A stretch of DNA of 64,000 bases from Tubulanus polymorphus (Eukaryota > Animalia > Nemertea), in assembly GCF_964204645.1 (NCBI RefSeq), contig NC_134032.1:15674275-15738274 (forward strand), given 5' to 3'. This document shows positions 1-11,900 of this stretch, piece after piece. The position numbers and the translations under genes were made by a program. The notes beneath the pieces were generated by a model. The model saw only the letters and a list, made by a program, of their open reading frames with translations. It was not told the origin of the DNA and did not search any database. The number at the start of each line of letters is the position of its first letter. The first letter of the stretch is position 1.

Positions 1-979
1 GGGTTGTGGACACTCCCGCTACAGCTTCTTGAAGTTTGGCCACTCGAACCATAGACGGAAAGACTTTGCCGATTCGGAGATCGAAGTCCATGCCGAGATA
101 AGTGAACTGTTGGGCCGGCGTCAACTGAGATTTTTCCCTGTTTACGCGGAACCCTAGCTGATGGACTAAGTCCAAGACTGAGGTCATTGCCTCCCGACAT
201 TCCTGAGCCGAATTCGCGACTATTAACCAGTCGTCGAGGTAAACGAACAGTCGAACACCCCTTGACTGAAGTACCTTCTGAACTGACTTGACCAACTTGG
301 TGAAAACCCACGGGGCCGTACTGAGGCCAAATGGAAGAGACCTGAATTGGAACTGGCGGCCTTTCCACTTTATCCTGAGAAATCGCCGAGATTTTGGGTG
401 AATTGGAACCTGAAAGTAAGCATCTTTCAGGTCCAATGAAGCCGCCCATTGACCCGGACGGAGCCCTTGAATCACGTCCTTGGGCTTGGTCATCCGGAAC
501 CTTGGAATGTCTAGGTGCCGATTGAGGGATGACAGATCTATCACTGTCCGTTGACCCCCTGTGGCCTTTGGTACCATGAATATTCGAGAAAACCAGCCGG
601 GAGAAGTTTCGTTGCAAACTGGTTCTATCGCTCCCTTCTCTGCCAGTTCCTTGAGAGCCGGAGAGATTAAGGCCTCCTGACCTGGTTTTGGCCGCATGTC
701 GGGAGGTGACCTCATCAGGCGCGGTCGCCTTAGGAAACGGAGACGGTAGCCCCGAGAGACGACCCGGGAGGGCCAACCGTCTCCAAAGAGGTCGGACCAG
801 TGGGTTGCTGCCTGCTGCAGACAACCTCCCACTGGTCCCAAGAATTCATTTCGAGTTTTTCCGAAAGGAAGAGCCCCTTTTTGGAGCCTTCCCCTTGCCT
901 CGATACGAACCGGAACTGTTACGACCGGACGAGGCTTGACACGATTGTTGAAGTTGCGCGCTAGTTCTCCAACCGGCAT
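1..979 (-). CDS. DIRS reverse transcriptase (pol), truncated by window edge
   Basis: Manual translation: PVGGCLQ..W..GYRLRF..ELAEKGAIEPV..GWFSRIFMVPKATGGQRTVIDLSSLNRHL..FRM..WAASLDLKDAYFQVPIHP..LFVYLDDWLI, with YLDD at 230-241. The frame is open into gag; the in-frame ATG at 979 is a tentative start. Confidence 0.92.
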   Translation of the reverse strand, partial: MPVGELARNFNNRVKPRPVVTVPVRIEARGRLQKGALPFGKTRNEFLGPVGGCLQQAATHWSDLFGDGWPSRVVSRGYRLRFLRRPRLMRSPPDMRPKPGQEALISPALKELAEKGAIEPVCNETSPGWFSRIFMVPKATGGQRTVIDLSSLNRHLDIPRFRMTKPKDVIQGLRPGQWAASLDLKDAYFQVPIHPKSRRFLRIKWKGRQFQFRSLPFGLSTAPWVFTKLVKSVQKVLQSRGVRLFVYLDDWLIVANSAQECREAMTSVLDLVHQLGFRVNREKSQLTPAQQFTYLGMDFDLRIGKVFPSMVRVAKLQEAVAGVSTT

Positions 980-3095
980 CCGAAGCCGCCTGAGAAAGCG
1001 CTGAAGTTTGAGATGGTCCTGTTTGCGTCCGTGCCGAACCTTGCGCCGCCGGCGTCGGACCAGAACGCTTTTTCCACGGAGTTCGGGGGTTGGACTTGGC
1101 CTGAACCTCCCGAATCTTCCTCAGCTCTGCGGAAACCGGAGCGCACCAACCGGAGAAGAGACGTGAAGACGTCCCCAATGGGGCTCTCAGCAAAGCATTG
1201 GACACCATATCCGGTAGACGAGTTTTGGCACTGGAGTCCATCACTGACTGACGGGAGGCTAACACCAGATTAGCCTGACCCCGAACCGACAACGGAATTA
1301 CATGCGAAACAGACCGAGCCAAAGATTGGATAATCCGGTCCATTCCCTCCAGTTTTAGGGCAACTGACTCTGGGTCGGAGCCCGCATGAACGGCGGCGTG
1401 AGTCTCGCGAAGCTCACCCGTCAACACCTTAAGTGCCATATCTTGAAACGAACCAACCCTGGTAAGATTGTCCAGGATTGACGTCATGGCCACCAAACCG
1501 GACTTAGGCAAACGAATACCCGACTGTGCTGTAACAGTATCCGGGCTGATCAAAGTATAATCAGCATCCAGGCAGTTATGACTGTGATCCACAGCACCTG
1601 GAGTTGCGTAATACGCCGAGCGAAATGCGCCTATAGGTGGATCGGTTGAACTAAAATATTTCCCAGATTTCATACCCCGTTCTGGAGGGGGAAATGAAAA
1701 AGTTCCAGGCCGACATTCACCCCATAATTGCGTATCCAATCGAGCCCATTCTCTTGAAACCGCTGACGATTCCCGTAAAACGTTAAGATCGGAGTCCGGA
1801 GGGCGATAAGCTTCCATTGACTCACCGACCAGAGGAGCTGCTGTGGGCTTAGCGCGAGTTGCCCCGTGCTTGACAAAGAACTCACTTATCATCGCTCTAA
1901 ATGGCATGTCCCCCGCTGGTTCGGATAAAACTGAACGGGACGGAGATACATTGCGAGCCAGGGAAGCCCCCATCGTCTGGGGCAACCCACAATTGCTTGC
2001 GACAGAAACGACCCCAGAAGGAATTGCCGCCTCTGGGACCGGATCCTCATTGAAATCAGACCCTACCGCAGCATCCAGGAATTCAGAGTCAGAATTCCGA
2101 AAAACTGAGTGGGCTGGCGAACTTCTAACCGGACAATCAGGAATAGGCTTACCTGTTGTAGAAGTTGCAGCGACTTGTTGCGACGAAGATAACAAGTTTA
2201 AAATTTTCTCCTCAAATACATGGAAATCCTTCTGAGTCAGGTATTTTCCAGTATCCCGACGATCATGCCGACTTCGGTGACGGTCCCTCGAACGGGATCG
2301 TGACCTACTAGAAGAATCGCTTTCATCGCTAACCGACGTCGACGAACGATGAGAAGACCGACGGCGAAACTTCCGACAATAACGATCGTAGTCCCTCTCG
2401 CGATCAAACCTTGATCTGCGAGAAGGAGATCTTGCTCGTTTATTACGCTCCCGGCGTCTAAATCTAGTGGGAGAGCGAGCTCTATCCCCGGAGCGACGAT
2501 CAGAATCGGACGATGAACGTACCGGATGTTTTGTACCGGACGACGTCTGGACCGGACCGGTGGCCAAACCGGACCGAACCGGACCGATGCCCGACCCGGA
2601 CCGGACCGGTACCGACCGAACCGGTGCGGGCCGTTCGCGACTACCGCGGCGCGCGCTCGGTTCCGAACATGTAGTCTGAACCGGCCGAACCGGCCGAACC
2701 GGTGAACGACCAGAGACCGGTGAATGACCGGAGACCGGTGCCGGTGAACCAGCGTTCTTCCCCGGTGAACGGAGTTGGGAAGCCGATCGTACCTGAACGA
2801 CCGGCGACCGCTCCGCTTTACGATAAGAAACAGGATTAGAAACGTCGGTTGGCACATCGGCCGAAACCGACGAATCCCTGCTAACTCGACGACGATCTCT
2901 TAGTTTAAGAGCCTTATCGGCCCGAAGCCAAAGGTCCTCGGACCACACGACGCAAATATTGCAAGGATTGCTCCTTGCACATATTTGACCGGATTTGCGC
3001 CTGCACGACGCACATGAATCGTGGTTGTCCCAGGCGCCGAACAAATGCCCGCATCCCTCCCCGCCACGATGCTGACCCTTAGGAGGGGGTGGCAT
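846..3095 (-). CDS. DIRS gag-like ORF1
   Basis: 756-aa ORF in the track, first ATG at 3095. N-terminal CGH..DNHDSCASC..C..PCNIC zinc-finger-like cluster, long Arg/Ser-rich region, stop at 846 inside the RT frame overlap. Confidence 0.85.
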   Translation of the reverse strand: MPPPPKGQHRGGEGCGHLFGAWDNHDSCASCRRKSGQICARSNPCNICVVWSEDLWLRADKALKLRDRRRVSRDSSVSADVPTDVSNPVSYRKAERSPVVQVRSASQLRSPGKNAGSPAPVSGHSPVSGRSPVRPVRPVQTTCSEPSARRGSRERPAPVRSVPVRSGSGIGPVRSGLATGPVQTSSGTKHPVRSSSDSDRRSGDRARSPTRFRRRERNKRARSPSRRSRFDRERDYDRYCRKFRRRSSHRSSTSVSDESDSSSRSRSRSRDRHRSRHDRRDTGKYLTQKDFHVFEEKILNLLSSSQQVAATSTTGKPIPDCPVRSSPAHSVFRNSDSEFLDAAVGSDFNEDPVPEAAIPSGVVSVASNCGLPQTMGASLARNVSPSRSVLSEPAGDMPFRAMISEFFVKHGATRAKPTAAPLVGESMEAYRPPDSDLNVLRESSAVSREWARLDTQLWGECRPGTFSFPPPERGMKSGKYFSSTDPPIGAFRSAYYATPGAVDHSHNCLDADYTLISPDTVTAQSGIRLPKSGLVAMTSILDNLTRVGSFQDMALKVLTGELRETHAAVHAGSDPESVALKLEGMDRIIQSLARSVSHVIPLSVRGQANLVLASRQSVMDSSAKTRLPDMVSNALLRAPLGTSSRLFSGWCAPVSAELRKIREVQAKSNPRTPWKKRSGPTPAAQGSARTQTGPSQTSALSQAASDAGWRTSAQLQQSCQASSGRNSSGSYRGKGKAPKRGSSFRKNSK

Positions 3096-3444
3096 AATTA
3101 TCCTGTTACAAATCAAAACAATTCAATTCAATTCAATCAAATTATATTTGTAAATAAAATTCTTACGGAAAAAAAGAAATCAGGGATAACCCCCAAACCG
3201 AACGGACTCACCGTTACGAGAGTGAAAAACTCCCTAATATCCTAATTCCCAGATTTTTACGGCGAAAAAATCCAACGCGTTCTACTGCGAGAACGCCAAG
3301 AAAAAAGAAAAAAGATGGCGGATTTCGCCGGTGGCTAAATGCAATACCGCAGGGCCGGGTCGTATAGAAAAACCATTGGCGATAAATCCAAATTTAGAAA
3401 ATATTGGCAAAAACCATAGGAAAGGGTACAGTACTCGATGGAAA

Positions 3445-6220
3445 TACTCATTTTAGTTCTATAACCAATCTAACAACTTAAGACCAGTCTAAACTCGATT
3501 TTAAGTTTGCATTCGAAACTATTTAAATTTAGATAGTTTGTGACATGATACTAACGATTGTAACGAGCAGTCAAAAGATTTTGCCGAAAGAAACGACCAT
3601 AAGTCGACCATCTAAATTCCAATTGGGCAAATATTTTGGGCTGCAGCATTCGCAGTTTGAGTCCATGAACAAATTATCAGAACCAAACATCAAAAACTAT
3701 CAGATTTTGTCTACGGACAGATGGATTGATGGATGGACAAAAAGTGAACGTAATAATTTTAGTCCCAAACAGCATGAATTAGTTAGAACTCTAAAATGAA
3801 AGATGTTTGTTTAATCACTTACAGCTGACGGTCCTGGTGTTGGTGATGGATTCTGTAAAGATAAAATAAAACAAAATATTAGATGGATATTCATGAATGC
3901 ATGTATCACTGATTCGGGTTTTCAATAAAAACTGTTTAACTAAATTTTGTAGCAAATTCTGAAATTTAAACAGATGGAATGATGCGTTCAGCCGATCCAG
4001 GACAATTTCGCAAACGTAATTTTCAATATTTTTCTTTTTATCCATTTTAGATGTAATTCCGTTCAGAATTCAGGGATATGAAAGAGAGTAACTTTTACTT
4101 CAGACCAGTCAATTTAAGACCAGTTTAAACTCATTCTAGTTCTATAACCAATCTAACAATCTAAGACCAGTCTAAACTCATTTTAGTTCTACTACCAATC
4201 TAACAACTTAAGACCAGTCTAAACTCGATTTTAAGTTTGCATTCGAAACTATTTAAATTTAGATAGTTTGTGACATGATACTAACGATTGTAACGAGCAG
4301 TCAAAAGATTTTGCCGAAAGAAACGACCATAAGTCGACCATCTAAATTCCAATTGGGCAAATATTTTGGGCTGCAGCATTCGCAGTTTGAGTCCATGAAC
4401 AAATTATCAGAACCAAACATCAAAAACTATCAGATTTTGTCTACGGACAGATGGATTGATGGATGGACAAAAAGTGAACGTAATAATTTTAGTCCCAAAC
4501 AGCATGAATTAGTTAGAACTCTAAAATGCATGATGAATGTTTAATCACTTACAGCTGACGGTCCTGGTATTGGTGATGGATTCTGTAAAGATAAAATAAA
4601 ACAAAATATTAGATGGATATTCATGAATGCATGTATCACTGATTCGGGTTTTCAATAAAAACTGTTTAACTAAATTTTGTAGCAAATTCTGAAATTTAAA
4701 CAGATGGAATATGCGTTCAGCCGATCTAGGACAATTTCGCAAACGTAATTTTCAATATTTTTCTTTTTATCCATTTTAAATGTAATTCCGTTCAGAATTC
4801 AGGGATATGAAAGAGAGTAACTTTTACTTCAGACCAGTCAATTTAAGACCAGTTTAAACTCATTTTAGTTCTATAACCAATCTAACAACTTAAGACCAGT
4901 CTAAGCTCATTTTAAATTTGCATTCGAAACTACTTAAATTTAGATAGTTTGTGACATGATACTAACGATTGTAACGAGCAGTCAAAAGATTTTGCCGAAA
5001 GAAACGACCATAAGTCGACCATCTAAATTCCAATTGGGCAAATATTTTGGGCTGCAGCATTCGCAGTTTGAGTCCATGAACAAATTATCAGAACCAAACA
5101 TCAAAAACTATCAGATTTTGTCTACGGACAGATGGATTGATGGATGGACAAAAAGTGAACGTAATAATTTTAGTCCCAAACAGCATGAATTAGTTAGAAC
5201 TCTAAAATGAAAGATGTTTGTTTAATCACTTACAGCTGACGGTCCTGGTATTGGTGATGGATTCTGTAAAGATAAAATAAAACAAAATATTAGATGGATA
5301 TTCATGAATGCATGTATCACTGATTCGGGTTTTCAATAAAAACTGTTTAACTAAATTTTGGAGCAAATTCTGAAATTTAAACAGATGGAATGATGCGTTC
5401 AGCCGATCCAGGACAATTTCGCAAACGTAAATTTCAATATTTTTCTTTTTATCCATTTTAAATGTAATTCCGTTCAGAATTCAGGGATATGAAAGAGAGT
5501 AACTTTTACTTCAGACCAGTCAATTTAAGACCAGTTTAAACTCATTTTAGTTCTATAACCAATCTAACAATCTAAGACCAGTCTAAACTCATTTTAGTTC
5601 TATTACCAATCTAACAACTTAAGATCAGTCTCAACTCATTCTAAATTTGCATTCGAAACTACTTAAATTTAGATAGTTTGTGACATGATACTAACGATTG
5701 TAACGAGCAGTCAAAAGATTTTGCCGAAAGAAACGACCATAAGTCGACCATCTAAATTCCAATTGGGCAAATATTTTGGGCTGCTGCATTCGCAGTTTGA
5801 GTCCATAAACAAATTATCAGAACCAAACATCAAAAACTATCAGATTTTGTCTACGGACAGATGGATTGATGGATGGACAAAAAGTGAACGTAATAATTTT
5901 AGTCCCAAAAAAGCATGAATTAGTTAGAACTCTAAAATGCATGATGAATGTTTAATCACTTACAGCTGACGGTCCTGGTATTGGTGATGGATTCTGTAAA
6001 GATAAAATAAAACAAAATATTAGATGGATATTCATGAATGCATGTATCACTGATTCAAACTAAACTCATTTCAGTTCTATAACCAATCTAACAACTTAAG
6101 ACCAGTCTAAACTCGATTTTAAGTTTGCATTCGAAACTACTTAAAGACCAGTCAATTTTAGACCAGTTTAAACTCATTTTAGTTCTATTACCAATCTAAC
6201 AACTTAAGACCAGTCATAGA
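3445..6220. repeat. Tandem repeat, ~680-730-bp unit, about 4 copies
   Basis: Near-identical ORF-track peptides start at 3545, 4275, 4956 and 5685. Units include MITE-derived AGACCAGTCTAAACTCATTTTAGTTCTATAACCAATCTAACAAC blocks also seen at ~17760 and, reverse-complemented, ~62060. Confidence 0.95.
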
Positions 6221-8983
6221 TGATTGTTAGATTTTATTTGTAGAGGTCATTGTCATCTAATGAGTACATACAAATAATTATTTTGAGACACTGATTATTT
6301 TTTTTGAGACACTTGATTTAAACAGATAATCATTTTAATAAAACCAAACAGCACTGATACGAGACCCTGTGATATAGCACTTAATTTAAATGGTTAAATT
6401 TTAATTCAAATTCAAATTTACTAATGGCTTATTAGAGAATAATTGTAACTTACACCATGTGTTTCCTCGATAAGGCTTTCTGACAGTGGAAACTGAAAAT
6501 ACAATCAAAGTCATAATGTTAAAAAACAGGAACAAATTATAACCATTATGCGATTTCTATAGTGTAAGCAAATTATTTATGGTACATTGGTATTGATGGT
6601 ACACGGGTATTGATGGTACACGGGGAGTGATGGTACACAGGTAGCGATGGTACACGGGGATTGATGGTACACGGGTAGTGATGGTACACTGGTAGCGATG
6701 GTACACGGGGATTGATGGTACACTGGTAGTGATGGTACACTGGTAGCGATGGTACATGGGTATTGATGGTACACTGTTAATGATGGTACACTGGTAGCGA
6801 TGGTACACAGGTATTGATGGTACACTGGTAGCGATGGTACACGGGTGGTGATGGTACACTGTTAATGATGGTACACTGGTAGCGATGGTTCACTGATGGT
6901 GATGGTACACGGGTATTTATGGTACATTGGTAATGATGGTACACGGGTATTGACATGGGATGGGATGATACACTGGTGGTGATGGTACACGGGTATTGAT
7001 GGTACACTGGTAGCGATGGTACACGGGTATTGATGGTACACGGGTGGTGATAGTACACTGATGGTGATGGTACATGGGTATTGATGGTACACGGGTGGTG
7101 ATGGTACACGGGTATTGATGGTACACGGGTGGCGATGGTACACGGGTGGCGATGGTACACTGGTGGTGATAGTACACTGATGGTGATGGTACACTGATGG
7201 TGATGGTACATATGGATAGTGATGGTACACGAGTGGTGATGGTACACGGACGGGTATTGATGGTACACGGGTGGTGATGGTACACGGACGGGTATTGATG
7301 GTACACGAGTGGTGATGGTACACGGACGGGTATTGATGGTACACGAGTGGTGATGGTACACGGACGGGTATTGATGGTACACGGGTGGTGATAGTACACT
7401 GGTAGCGATGGTACACGGGTGGTGATGGTACACGGGTATTGATGGTACACTGGTGGTGATGGTACACGGGTATTGATGGTACACTGGTGGTGATGGATAG
7501 GGAGGCGTGTGAGGTCAGGGGTTTGAATGATATTGAAATAATTTTACTTACGAGGCGCACAGCACAAGGAGGCTTATCCTAGAAAAGACAACAACAAAAA
7601 TATAATTAGTCAAATTCGCTAAGGGCTGAATTTTAAAAAATTGTGGTAAAATAATAAGCTTCATTAGTTCAAGACGGTGCTGGTCTTAAACATATTCAAG
7701 GAGAGTAAAGTATTCAGAAATAGATAGATTTTGTCTAAAGAAATGGCCATCAGTTGACCATCTTAACCCTTTCAGTGTAGAACCACTATAGTGGTATGAT
7801 CGAATCATTCGTTTCACAGACTTCGCGCAGTTCGGAAGAGTATTTGAGTAAGACGACAGAAAAAAAGTAACAACTGTTAAGTATTATGCCTGCTGCAAGT
7901 TGTCCTTGCCTTAAATGATTTAGGCCTAACTACTGATGAAATACATCACATCAGAACCACATTTGCAGTTGCAGTTGCAGTGAAGATGCGTGTTGAGGCT
8001 GGTGCTGGTCACTGGACGATGACCAGCGGTCAGATGATCGAGTCATTCGTTGCATAGACTTTTCACAGAGAGGGACAGAAAATGTTACAACTTTAAGTAT
8101 TATGCCTCATCACATATCAGCACCACAGTTCCAATGCCAGTAAAGGTTCATGTTGATTGGTCGTGGTTGGTACGGGTTACTGGACAATGACCAGCGGTCA
8201 ACTGATCAAAACATTCGTTTCACAGCCTGGTAATGGCTTGCCAATTATACTTTCCCTTTTTTACAAAATTATCTGATTCTGTTTTTGCAGTATCTAGATA
8301 CCTCTGATTCAGATTGTTTTACTGTTTGGAACTAGTGATCATACAGCTTTGCCATATAAGAAAAAGTTTTTCATAACTAAATAAGCTTCTTCCAAAATAT
8401 AATTTCATCAGTCATAAAAAATTATTGCAATTTATGCTAATTAGCTAATTAATTATGTGTAATGCCTGATTTTTCCTAAAACTACATTAAAAAATCTGGA
8501 GGAGTGGTTCAATCTCCTCACTTCTACTACTGCTATTACTAAATGCTACTAGAATTTATCTTCTAACTCACTTTCATCTTTTCATCTTCTAACTCACTTT
8601 CCAATTGTGACGACGCTTCAAAGTGACTGTCGGAATCAGGGACGATATCATTTATCACATTCTGTAACATTAGTCATTTACCGGACCCTGGCATCGTGAA
8701 AAAATACCTTTTTTCCGCGAAACTTTGAATGAATAGGAACCTATCGACATTTTTATTGCTCCGGAAAAACCCGGAAGTCTATGATGTATTTCCGCAGTGG
8801 GATTCCCTGTCTTAACTGAAGCAAACAGAGATCAGCCGCTTGAAAACCCGGGTATCGTAAGTCACCGATCGGCGACTTCGACCGTGAGATTACATGCGCT
8901 CTGAATTACCATGAAAGCAGTAAATTTGAACTTACCTTTTTGTATGGACTTTTTCTTGAAGTTTTTTTCTTAGCTTTAGGCAT
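3823..8983 (-). CDS. Putative micro-exon gene (all phase-0 exons), 3' end not in window or interrupted by DIRS
   Basis: AG/GT-flanked exons 8936-8983 (MPKAKKKTSRKSPYKK), 8572-8661 (NVINDIVPDSDSHFEASSQLESELEDEKMK), weak 8302-8331, 7552-7578 (DKPPCAVRL), 6454-6492 (FPLSESLIEETHG), then 5964-5993, 5234-5263, 4553-4582, 3823-3852 (NPSP[I/T]PGPSA). All lengths are multiples of 3 with no stops; most donors are GTAAGT/GTGAGT. Confidence 0.55.
6580..7497. repeat. 17-bp minisatellite (GATGGTACACGGGTATT-like)
   Basis: About 50 degenerate copies; the rotating-frame YHH/VPS/CTI ORFs are artefacts of the 17-bp period. Confidence 0.95.
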
Positions 8984-11900
8984 CTAGAAAAATAAATGAA
9001 ATTATTCAATCATTTCAAATTACAATATTTTCAGACATGAGTTATGTGCAGTTCAGCCAACTATTCCCCTATGTGGTGCACAAGTACACTAGGGGTCCTC
9101 CAGGGACACCATGCCCTGTTGAAAAGTGGTTTGAAATGCTCAACAAATTCAATATTCAACGCCCCCTGGTGAATCCATACTAAAACCAATGATCTTGAAA
9201 CTCGCAGCAATCGTCAAACATGTCATGAGCTACGATTTTGCGATTGATTGCGGTTGAGATGCTTATCCCCCGGACACCCAGCACCAGTACTTGGACGCCT
9301 GATCATAAGGAGTTGGTCTCTTTATGATTACTGTATTCTGGGGATTCAAATAACTCAGGGACCTACGCGATTGTGTCTCCGAGTCGCAACCGACCTACGC
9401 AATTGTGTCTCCCAGTTGCAACTGACCTACACGACTGGCAGAAACTAGTACGATAACCACACTGAAACGTGGTGAACGGATAATAAGATAAAAACCCACT
9501 ATCTACAGAATAAAAGAATTTAAAATCAAGAATCTATTTATTCGAACAATTTGAAATATATAATAAACACGACGTTTCGACCTCACCCTAGAGATCCTCG
9601 TCAGGTGTCTTACGATGATCTCTAGGGTGGGATCAGGTGTCATCACCCGACGATGATTTCTAGTGTGAGATCGAAACGTTGTGTATTTTACATATTTCAA
9701 ATAGTTCGAATAAATAAATTCTTGATTTTAAATTCTTTTAATCTGTAAATAGTGGATTTTTATCTTTTTTGGCAGAAACTAGTTGCATATCGTTTAGTCA
9801 CGTAACGTAACGCCTACCTATGACTATTCCCGGGTTAAGACACCAAATTTTCCAGGGTGAGATCATTCAACGGCGGCCATTTTGAAAACGTGTGGAGGGT
9901 GCTGGCACCTGTGGACCAGGACAACAACAAAAAACTAACGAAACGAAACGACGAAATCGAAAAAAATTAAGAAATCAACACTAATTCATATTTTTCTTCA
10001 ACCAGAATTTACTATTTCCACAATTATTATGGAAAACATGAAGATTTGAAATATATGTTGGAAAACCATCGAAAATAAAAATTTTTGTTTCGTTTTGTAA
10101 GTTTTATCTAGGGTTTTGTAGGTCACCTTGTCTATCACGCTACATGTATGCAATACAGAGAAATGGCCGCCAATGGCCGAATTTGCGGAGAAATTAATTA
10201 ATTTCTCAAAAAAAGTCGATTCATCGCTCGAAACAAACATAAAATCGGATTATTTCGAAAGGTACCTGTGTTAGTTTCTGAATTAAGCCATTAATTGTGG
10301 ACTGAAGTCGATATAGAAGAAAGTATATTTTTGAAGTGTTACTTTTTTCAACCGTGTTTTGGTCCTTGTCAACCCTAACGTTGGTATAAGCCCATCCGAT
10401 TATAAAAAGCTTACCACCAACGATAAGGTAACTAACTAAGCAAGGGCGAGGCATAACATAACACTTTTTTTCTCTTTTTTTTCTTTCCTGTAGATCTCTA
10501 TACTTGGCTTACGACAAGATAGCTATATCCATAAAAAATTCAAATAGCTCCAATCTTATTGAAAGAAAGCTTGTTGGAATGGGGAGGGCTCAAATAACAA
10601 TATGCTTTTTAAATTTTTGAATTATCTTCAGTAGTTTTCGAGATATCGCAAATTGAAGTTTGAAAATTTGAGCGAAAAGTGTCTTCATGTTTCAATACAC
10701 AAAAACTGTGATCTAAGAAGGCAATATTTCATGTAAACAAACTTCAATATCTCTTAAACTAAAAGAGATAGACTAGAAATTTAAAGAGCAATAAACTCAT
10801 AGCACTTTCAGGTGACAGTTGAAAGACCCAAAATTGTTATCTGATTCCAAATGCCTATGGTTTCCATGGAAACCAGCCGAAAAATGGTAAAATAATGAAA
10901 ATATCGATGTTAGATCAAAAGTTATGATGTAGAAAGGGGATAGAATAACTAGTTATCAATAGTTTATGTTTGCCCTAAGTTTATCTAGGAATATCTATTA
11001 TTATATAGATTATTATTATTAGGTTTCCATGGTAACGGCAAGAAAAAATGTGAAATATTGAGAAATATTGATATGATTTCAAATGAAATTATTTTTTTCA
11101 CTACATGATTTTTGAAATGAATAAACATGATTATCAAGGCCTGTCAGTTAGATCTATAGCCATAGGCTCCTATTGCAAATTGATTTAAATATACCAATTT
11201 TATATATTATTTGCTAAATGAATTTTAGTTAAGAAAAGCAGAAAATTAGGCTTGGCCTAGCTCAAAACGCTGAAATTTGAAATATTCATGATATCATAAT
11301 AAAATCAATCAGTTTAGAAACATAAACCAAGCAATAGTAATAATACTACTAATAATAACTAAATAATAATCCATTTGTTTTGTTTTGAGCTAAATTTCAA
11401 CAATATTTTATATATATTTCAATTTTGCTGCTTTTGGAAAATCGGGAGCCTCATTGTCCCATCACGCTCCTCTATTTTTGCCCGTCACAAGCCTCAATTC
11501 ATCCCATTAGACGCCTCCCTCTTTCAACAGCCGCTTTACCGACGGGAGCGTAGTGGCGATCCACGCGCAAAAAAAATCCGCGCGCCGATCATTTCGCTAA
11601 ATCTGTCCTAATATTCAGAAATATAGTGATGAATAATTATGAATCGGAAAATAAATACAATAATTCACCGCTAGACCGATGAATAATTGTTGAATATTGA
11701 TCTCATCACGAGCAGCGCAGCGCGTAGTCATTCAATAACAAGTGCCGGCCGCCATTTTGTATCGCTCGCTTCAACGCAAAACTTAGACATCGACTTTTCC
11801 GGCAGCGATCGCTCAGCCCCGACACGAAATAAAATCATGCGGTCTTCAGCATTTGAATTTTATGATCCTAAACCTTTTGATTCCTGATGATTCGTCGCTT

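Larger units (their letters stand above)
1..3444 (-). mobile_element. DIRS1-like (tyrosine-recombinase class) retrotransposon, 5' part; 3' part lies outside the window
   Basis: Gag-like ORF1 with N-terminal Cys/His cluster, overlapped in another frame by an RT ORF with DIRS-type motifs. The element abuts the tandem repeat at ~3444; this boundary is approximate. RNase H and YR domains are not in the window. Confidence 0.88.

Noticed and set aside
3545-5918. Repeated 77-89-aa plus-strand ORFs (MILTIVTSSQK...)
   Set aside because: Repeated only because the DNA unit is repeated; no recognisable domain and variable ends.
6557-7560. Long His/Pro/Cys-rich ORFs
   Set aside because: Products of a 17-bp minisatellite, open in several frames with rotating peptides.
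7763-7780. piggyBac-like TTAACCCT end
   Set aside because: No matching inverted end or transposase found nearby.
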